Source: an uncultured Pseudomonadota bacterium
GTDB taxonomy: Bacteria > Myxococcota_A > Polyangia > Fen-1088
Direction of reading: 5' to 3'
Length of the DNA: 64,000 nt
Assembly: GCA_963847705.1 (NCBI GenBank)
Contig: CAWKBC010000027.1
Location: forward strand, 352,001-416,000
This document shows, one piece after another, positions 57,773 through 64,000 of this stretch; positions within the stretch are counted from its first letter, which is position 1; every line of letters starts with the position of its first letter. The notes under the pieces are model-generated. The model was not told where the DNA came from. It was given only the letters and a program-made list of their open reading frames with translations, and made no database searches. The position numbers and the translations under genes were made by a program.

Positions 57773-58432
57773 ATGACTCCCGTGACCGTCCTCGCCCAGA
57801 CCCGCTCCGAGCCGCCGACCCTGCGGGTGGTGGCTGGTGGCGGCAGGGGGGCGGGGGGGGAGCGCGCCGGGCAATCGACCGCCGCTCCGAAGGGCGCCGA
57901 CTCGAGCCGTGACGTTCAGTTTCGCGAGATCTACGAGCGGTGGTTCGACGACGTGGTCGGGTGGCTCTACGCGCTCGGCGCGCCCGGTGCGGACACGGAA
58001 GATCTCGCCCAGGAAATCTTCATCGTGGTTCGCCGAAATTTGGGGCGTTTCGACGGAGGGAATCTGGCGGGCTGGCTGTATCGAATCGCGCAGCTCACGG
58101 TTCGCGATCACCGGCGGCGTTCCTGGTTCAGGAATCTCGTGCTGCGGAGGCAGGAGGTGGATCTCAGCAAGATGCCGCACGACGCCGACAGCCCGGCCCG
58201 TAATTTCGAGGACGCCGAGGCGCGCCGGCAGTTCCAGCTCATGGTCACCAAGATGCACGGGAAGCTGGTGACGACCTTCATCCTCTTCGAAATCGAAGGC
58301 TACTCCGGTGAGGAGATCGCTCGCATCCAGGACATCCCCATCGGCACCGTCTGGACCAGATTGCACAAGGCACGGAAAGAATTTTGGAAGCTGGTGAAAG
58401 ACCAGCGCGAAGCTGACGAAGGAATCCGATGA
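57773..58432 (+). CDS. ECF sigma factor
   Basis: EDLAQEIF, GWLYRIA, EIEGYSGEEIA...GTVWTRLHKAR. Confidence 0.9.
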   Translation: MTPVTVLAQTRSEPPTLRVVAGGGRGAGGERAGQSTAAPKGADSSRDVQFREIYERWFDDVVGWLYALGAPGADTEDLAQEIFIVVRRNLGRFDGGNLAGWLYRIAQLTVRDHRRRSWFRNLVLRRQEVDLSKMPHDADSPARNFEDAEARRQFQLMVTKMHGKLVTTFILFEIEGYSGEEIARIQDIPIGTVWTRLHKARKEFWKLVKDQREADEGIR

Positions 58433-59232
58433 ACCGCCTCCGCGAAGAATCCGGGCTCGATCCGATCTCCGAAAAGGGAATCGAGATGTTGCGTGCGGTG
58501 CGACCGACCGCGAGCTCGCCCTTGTTGAAGCGCAGAGTGTGGGCCGCTCTGCAAGCGTCGACAATCGCCTCGCCGGTCCGCCAGCGGTCGTCCATGCTGA
58601 GAGTCGTGGTGGTTGGTGTCGGGCTGGTGGCGTTCACTGCGACGGCCGCTGCCACGATCGGCGGCCGGCGAATCGCGACGCGGATCGAGCAGTTCTTGGG
58701 GCCCCTGGGCGGGGGTGGTGCGGGCGTTGCGCAGCCTCGGTCGGAGCGCACAAAGCCGGTTCGGGTCGTCGCGGAGGCTCCCAAGGCTCCGGAGGTGGAG
58801 ATGCTCCCGGAGAGCGCTGCCTCCCAGGAGCCGGCCCAGGCCGACAGCCGAGCGGCCGTCGCGGGATCTGCACCGGCGTCGTCCACGCACGTTGCGCTGC
58901 GACCGACGAGGACCGGTTCCCTCGCGGTGGAGACGACGCGAGAGCGCGCACAGGTCTGGGAGGCGCTGGTCGCGCTCCGGCGCGATCACGACCCGAATCA
59001 CGCCGCGGCGCTGCTCAACCACGAGCTCGAGGCCAACCCGCACGGCGTCCTCCGCCAGGAGGCTCTGGTGCTGGCAATCGAAGCCGCCGATGCCCGCGGC
59101 GATCGCCGGGGCGCCGAGGGCTTTGCGCGCGCCTACCAGCGAGAGTTTCCGACCGGCCGATTCATGCAGCTGGCGCAGCGCTATCTCGACGAGAAGAACG
59201 CGCGCGTGCGCGCTCTCCCCTCGAATCCGTAG
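58429..59232 (+). CDS. Putative anti-sigma factor (one TM, C-terminal TPR-like domain)
   Basis: ATGA-coupled to the sigma gene; TM VVVVGVGLVAFTATAAA; NPHGVLRQEAL...YQREFPTGRF. Confidence 0.65.
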   Translation: MNRLREESGLDPISEKGIEMLRAVRPTASSPLLKRRVWAALQASTIASPVRQRSSMLRVVVVGVGLVAFTATAAATIGGRRIATRIEQFLGPLGGGGAGVAQPRSERTKPVRVVAEAPKAPEVEMLPESAASQEPAQADSRAAVAGSAPASSTHVALRPTRTGSLAVETTRERAQVWEALVALRRDHDPNHAAALLNHELEANPHGVLRQEALVLAIEAADARGDRRGAEGFARAYQREFPTGRFMQLAQRYLDEKNARVRALPSNP

Positions 59233-59509
59233 CGCCAGTCGTCAACGCGCCCGAGGCGGCGGCGCCCGGCAGAGCTTCGGACTCTTGCGCGCGTGCGGGC
59301 CGCGGCCAGGGTCGCGCGTGCAATGGCCGCCGGAGCAAGGGCAATGCGTTGAAAGTGAGATTGCCGGTCGATTTGGTGAGCCGGTTTGACCGTTGTCGGA
59401 TTTTGTGTGGCGAGACACGCTTTGATTGAGCGGGGGGCGATTCCATCGGTATAAGCTCCCAATCAGGAGTGGAACCAGCAACAACAGGGGACCCCCGAGG
59501 TTGTCGACC

Positions 59510-60409
59510 ATGTCTTTGAGTCATTTGCAGCGTCTCGAAGCGGAGACCATCCAGATCCTCCGCGAGGTCGTGGCCGAGACCGAGAGGCCGGTCATGATGT
59601 ACTCGATCGGCAAGGACAGCGCCGTGATGCTGCACATCGCGCGCAAGGCCTTCTTTCCGGCGGGGCTTCCGTTTCCGTTGCTTCACGTCGACACGACCTG
59701 GAAATTTCGCGAGATGTACGCCCTGCGCGACAAGGTCGCTGCCACGCCGGGAACGGAGCTCATCGTCTACATCAATCCCGACGCGGTCGCGCGGGGGATC
59801 AATCCTTTCACCCACGGCTCGGCGGTCCACACCGACCTCTGGAAGACGCAGGGACTCAAGCAGGCGCTCGACAAGTATGGCTTCGACGCGGCCCTGGGCG
59901 GCGCCCGTCGGGACGAGGAGAAATCGCGCGCCAAGGAGCGGGTGTTCTCGTTTCGCACCGTGCAGCACCGCTGGGATCCCAAGAACCAGCGGCCGGAGCT
60001 CTGGCGCCTCTACAACACGCGCAAGCACAAGGGGGAGTCGATCCGCGTCTTCCCCCTCTCGAACTGGACCGAGCTCGACGTCTGGCGCTACATCGAGCTG
60101 GAGGGAATTCCGATCGTGCCGCTCTATTTGAGCCGCGAGCGGCCGGTGGTCGAGCGCGACGGCGTGCTGGTCATGGTCGACGACGAGCGGATGCCGCTCC
60201 GGCCTGGAGAAAAGCCCAAGCTGCGCAAGGTGCGGTTTCGGACGCTGGGTTGCTATCCGTTGACGGGCGCCGTCGAATCGACCGCCGCCACCATCCCCGA
60301 GATCATCGCGGAGATGGCCCGCGCCCGGACCTCGGAGCGGCAGGGACGGCTCATCGATCAGGACGCGCCCGGTTCGATGGAGATCAAGAAGCAGGAGGGT
60401 TACTTCTGA
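59510..60409 (+). CDS. cysD: Sulfate adenylyltransferase subunit 2
   Basis: [45 protein letters not shown]. Confidence 0.97.
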   Translation: MSLSHLQRLEAETIQILREVVAETERPVMMYSIGKDSAVMLHIARKAFFPAGLPFPLLHVDTTWKFREMYALRDKVAATPGTELIVYINPDAVARGINPFTHGSAVHTDLWKTQGLKQALDKYGFDAALGGARRDEEKSRAKERVFSFRTVQHRWDPKNQRPELWRLYNTRKHKGESIRVFPLSNWTELDVWRYIELEGIPIVPLYLSRERPVVERDGVLVMVDDERMPLRPGEKPKLRKVRFRTLGCYPLTGAVESTAATIPEIIAEMARARTSERQGRLIDQDAPGSMEIKKQEGYF

Positions 60410-62286
60410 TGAGCGCCGCGCCCGTGCATCTCGCGGAGCCCGGCGCCGGCCTCCTGCGCTTCAACACCTGCGGAAGCGTCGACGACGGCAAGAGCACGCT
60501 CATCGGGCGCATGCTCTACGAGGCCAAGGCGCTGTTCGACGATCAGCTCGCCGCGCTGGCGGCCGACTCCAAGCGGGTGGGGACGCGCCCCGGTCAGCTC
60601 GACTACGCGCTGTTGCTCGACGGGCTCTCCGCCGAGCGCGAGCAAGGGATCACCATCGACGTGGCCTACCGCTACTTCTCGACCGCGCGGCGGCACTTCA
60701 TCGTCGCCGACACACCCGGCCACGAGCAGTACACCCGCAACATGGTGACCGGGGCGTCGACGGCCGATCTGAGCGTCATCCTGATCGACGCCCGCAAGGG
60801 GGTCCTCACCCAGACCCGCCGGCACAGCTTCATCGTCTCGCTGCTGGGAATCCGCCACGTGATCCTGGCGGTGAACAAGATGGATCTGGTCGGCTATTCG
60901 CGGGAGGTGTTCGCCCAGATCGAGGGGGAGTACCGGCGGCTGGCGGCCGATCTCAAGTTGCCGGAGATCACCTGCATCCCGGTCTCCGCCGTGGAGGGGG
61001 ACAACATCGTCGAGAAGTCGGTGGCCATGGGGTGGTACCGGGGACCGACGCTGATGGGCCTTCTGGAGAGCGTCGAGGTCGATGAATCGCGCGCGCGCGA
61101 GCAGCCGCTGCGGATGCCGGTCCAGTGGGTGAACCGCCCGCACTTGAACTTTCGCGGCTACGCCGGGACGATCGTGGCGGGTGGCGTGAAGACCGGCGAC
61201 GCCGTCCGCGTCCAGCCCTCCGGGCGGGTGAGCCACGTGTCGCGGATCGTCACCGCCGACGGCGATCTCCCCCAGGCGTCGGTCGGACAATCGATCACCC
61301 TGACGCTGGAAGACGAGATCGACATCTCGCGCGGCGATCTGATCGTGCAGGCGGACCAGCCCGCGGAGGTGGCCAATCAGTTCGAGGCGACGGTCGTCTG
61401 GATGCACGAGGCGCCGCTCCTGCCCGGGCGCACCTACTTCCTCAAGATCGGGACCCGCACGGCGACCGCCACCGTCACGTCGCTCAAGTACAAGATCAAC
61501 GTCAACAACCTGGAGCACATGGCGGGCGCCACCCTCGAGCTCAACGAGATCGGGATGTGCAATCTCGAGCTCGATCGCCCGATCGCCTTCGATCCCTACG
61601 ACGTGAACCGGGACACCGGGGGGTTCATCCTCATCGACCGCATCTCCAACGACACGGTCGGGGCCGGGATGCTCCGCTTCGCGCTGCGAAGAGCGAAGAA
61701 CGTGCAGTGGCAGGCGCTCGACGTCGACAAGACGGCCCGCTCGGCGATGAAGCGGCAGCGCGCCTGCGTGCTCTGGTACACGGGGCTCTCGGGGGCCGGC
61801 AAGTCGACCATCGCCAACCTGGTCGACAAGAAGCTCCACAGCAACGATCGGCACACCTACCTCCTCGACGGAGACAACGTCCGCCACGGCCTCAACAAGG
61901 ATCTCGGCTTCGCCGACGCCGACCGGGTGGAGAACGTCCGGCGGATCGCCGAGGTCGCCAAGCTGATGGTCGACGCCGGCCTCATCGTCGGCACGGCGTT
62001 CATCTCTCCGTTTCGCGCGGAGCGAGAGATGGCCCGGGCGCTGCTGGCCGAGGGGGAGTTCATCGAGATCTTCATCGAGACGCCGCTCGACGTGGCCGAG
62101 GGGCGGGATCCCAAGGGGCTCTACAAGAAGGCCCGGCGGGGCGACCTCAAGAACTTCACCGGCATCGACTCGCCCTACGAAGCGCCGGAGAACCCGGAGC
62201 TGCGGATCAACACCACCACGACCACCGCCGAGGAGGCCGCCGAGGCGATCGTGGCCTATCTGAACCGCCGCGGCGTGACCGACTGA
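60409..62286 (+). CDS. cysNC: Bifunctional sulfate adenylyltransferase subunit 1 / APS kinase
   Basis: [18 protein letters not shown]; [24 protein letters not shown]. Confidence 0.96.
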   Translation: MSAAPVHLAEPGAGLLRFNTCGSVDDGKSTLIGRMLYEAKALFDDQLAALAADSKRVGTRPGQLDYALLLDGLSAEREQGITIDVAYRYFSTARRHFIVADTPGHEQYTRNMVTGASTADLSVILIDARKGVLTQTRRHSFIVSLLGIRHVILAVNKMDLVGYSREVFAQIEGEYRRLAADLKLPEITCIPVSAVEGDNIVEKSVAMGWYRGPTLMGLLESVEVDESRAREQPLRMPVQWVNRPHLNFRGYAGTIVAGGVKTGDAVRVQPSGRVSHVSRIVTADGDLPQASVGQSITLTLEDEIDISRGDLIVQADQPAEVANQFEATVVWMHEAPLLPGRTYFLKIGTRTATATVTSLKYKINVNNLEHMAGATLELNEIGMCNLELDRPIAFDPYDVNRDTGGFILIDRISNDTVGAGMLRFALRRAKNVQWQALDVDKTARSAMKRQRACVLWYTGLSGAGKSTIANLVDKKLHSNDRHTYLLDGDNVRHGLNKDLGFADADRVENVRRIAEVAKLMVDAGLIVGTAFISPFRAEREMARALLAEGEFIEIFIETPLDVAEGRDPKGLYKKARRGDLKNFTGIDSPYEAPENPELRINTTTTTAEEAAEAIVAYLNRRGVTD

Positions 62287-62362
62287 CCTTGTGACAGCTC
62301 TGCGAACAATCGCCGGCGCGCGCGCGGCCTGCTGACGCCTGCGGTACGCTCTCGCCGACCCG

Positions 62363-63721
62363 ATGGCAACGGTCCGCGAGAGCGCCCGGGACGTCCCTGT
62401 GATTGCGGACGTCGACGTCCTGGTGGTGGGCAGCGGGCCAGGTGGGTTGGGCGCGGCGCTCGGCGCCGCCCGCGCGGGCCTGGAGACGATGGTGGTGGAG
62501 CGCTTCGGCTGCCTGGGCGGCAACATCACCGTGGTCGGGGTGGAGAGCCTGGCCTGGTACCGCCGCGAGAAGACCGTCGACAGCGAGGGGATCGGGATCG
62601 AGCTCGAGCAGCGTGCCAAGGCGATGGGCGCCACCAGCCCGGAGCCGCAATCGAAGAGCGAGGCGATCAACGCCGACATGTTCAAGGTGGTGGCCGATCG
62701 GGTGGTCGCCGAGGCCGGGGTCCGGCCGCTCCTGCACGCCGTCGCCATCGACACGATCCAGGAAGGGGACGCGCTCCGGGGAATCATCGTTCACAGCAAG
62801 TCGGGGCGGGGCGCCATCCTGGCCAAACGGATCGTCGACGCCTCGGGCGACGCCGACATCGCGCATTACGCCGGCGCGCCCTACCACATGACGCCCAAGG
62901 AGCGAATGCTCCCGGTCACCGTGATGTTCTCGGTGAACGGCGTCGACAAGCGGCGCTTCCTCGACCACGTCGCCGCCAACCCGACCACCTACAAGGACTG
63001 GGGCCTCAACTGGGACGTCGCCAAAGGGGGGAAGGAGGACGATCTTTTCAGTCCCTACCTGGAGAAACCCTTCGCGCAGGCGCGCGCCGCCGGCCTGATC
63101 CCGCCGGGCCTGAAGAGCATCGGCGGCACCTGGAGCACCATCACCGACTCGGGCGAGGCGACCTACCTCAACATGATTCACCTCACCGGCTACGACGGCA
63201 CCGACGTCTGGGATCTCACCCGGGCCGAGATCGAGGGACGCGCCCAGTCGATGCTGGCGATCGGAGCCCTCAACCGCTTTGCGCCCGGGTTCGAGAAGGC
63301 CAGGCTGCGGACCTTCGGGATGACGGTGGGGATCCGCGACACCCGCAAGATCGAAGGGCGCTACAATCTGACCGAGCATGACGTCCGCAACCAGGCCCGC
63401 TTCGACGACTCGATCGGGATCTTCCCGGAGTTCATCGACGGCTACGGCGTGCTGGTGTTGCCCACCACCGGGCGCTACTTCGAGATCCCCTACGGTGTGC
63501 TCCTGCCCCACAAGGTGGAGAACCTGCTGGTCGCCGGGCGCTGCATCGCGGGCGACGAGATCTCCCACGCCAGCGTGCGCAGCATGATGTGCTGCACGGT
63601 GACGGGGCAGGGGGCGGGGGTGGCGGCGGCGGTGTCGATCAAAGATGACGTCAGCCTTCGCGCCCTGGACATCGGGCGGCTGCAGGCGGAGCTCGTGCGG
63701 CAAGGAGTGCGGATCCATTGA
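62363..63721 (+). CDS. FAD-dependent oxidoreductase (FAD_oxidored type)
   Basis: [46 protein letters not shown]. Confidence 0.88.
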   Translation: MATVRESARDVPVIADVDVLVVGSGPGGLGAALGAARAGLETMVVERFGCLGGNITVVGVESLAWYRREKTVDSEGIGIELEQRAKAMGATSPEPQSKSEAINADMFKVVADRVVAEAGVRPLLHAVAIDTIQEGDALRGIIVHSKSGRGAILAKRIVDASGDADIAHYAGAPYHMTPKERMLPVTVMFSVNGVDKRRFLDHVAANPTTYKDWGLNWDVAKGGKEDDLFSPYLEKPFAQARAAGLIPPGLKSIGGTWSTITDSGEATYLNMIHLTGYDGTDVWDLTRAEIEGRAQSMLAIGALNRFAPGFEKARLRTFGMTVGIRDTRKIEGRYNLTEHDVRNQARFDDSIGIFPEFIDGYGVLVLPTTGRYFEIPYGVLLPHKVENLLVAGRCIAGDEISHASVRSMMCCTVTGQGAGVAAAVSIKDDVSLRALDIGRLQAELVRQGVRIH

Positions 63722-64000
63722 CCACCAAGGCCCCCCTCGGTCTTCCCGTCATCCTGGGCGACGCGCCCCTCCAGCGGATTCTGCTCGGCCCCGGGCCGAG
63801 CGAGGTCCCGGCGCGGGTGCTGGCGGCGCTGGCGGCGCCGACGCTGGGGCACCTCGATCCGGAGTACCTGCGCATCATGGACGAGACGCGCGGCCTCCTG
63901 CAGCGGGTGTTCCGGACCGCGAACCAGCTCACGCTGGCGGTCTCCGGCACCGGCAGCGCCGGGATGGAGGCCTGTGTCGCCAACCTCCTCGAGCCGGGCG
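63718..64000 (+). CDS. 3'-partial class V aminotransferase (alanine-glyoxylate/PucG-like)
   Basis: Absent from the ORF track; own translation from TTG gives RILLGPGPS...LGHLDP...[19 protein letters not shown]; TTGA overlap. Confidence 0.88.
   Translation, partial: MTTKAPLGLPVILGDAPLQRILLGPGPSEVPARVLAALAAPTLGHLDPEYLRIMDETRGLLQRVFRTANQLTLAVSGTGSAGMEACVANLLEPG

Noticed and set aside
59460-59520. SAM-I-like fragments (ATCAGGAG...CCAGCAAC) upstream of cysD
   Set aside because: No kink-turn or pseudoknot P2, no matching P3 3' strand and no P1 partner. An Infernal scan would settle it.

Overview
High-GC (~70%) bacterial chromosomal DNA, most likely Myxococcota/Polyangia. Supporting signs are a TIGR04563-like small protein, Gly/Thr-linker lipoproteins, ECF/anti-sigma pairs, a Ser/Thr kinase and a Myxococcus-type LexA box. 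Contents in order: two-component and CheB/CheR signalling genes; a GH62 arabinofuranosidase; a sigma54-driven Nit1C (MSMEG_0565-0572-type) nitrilase/radical SAM cluster with its divergent activator; more kinases; a ~13 kb purine uptake and catabolism cluster; an ABC exporter; DUF72 and a LexA-boxed UvrD; tam; an ECF sigma locus beside CE15 and SGNH esterases; cysD-cysNC; and a partial class V aminotransferase. The purine cluster holds a deaminase, an ABC transporter, an HpyO-like urate hydroxylase, allB, alc, uraD, uraH, an aldolase/lyase-fold gene and a close homologue of fungal xanthine/alpha-ketoglutarate dioxygenase XanA. That XanA homologue, completing an apparently molybdenum-independent purine pathway, is the standout. 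Several frameshifts look like sequencing errors; three are identical GATCT->GATTCT events. I saw no rRNA, tRNA, CRISPR array or IS element. All family assignments come from recalled motifs, not database searches.
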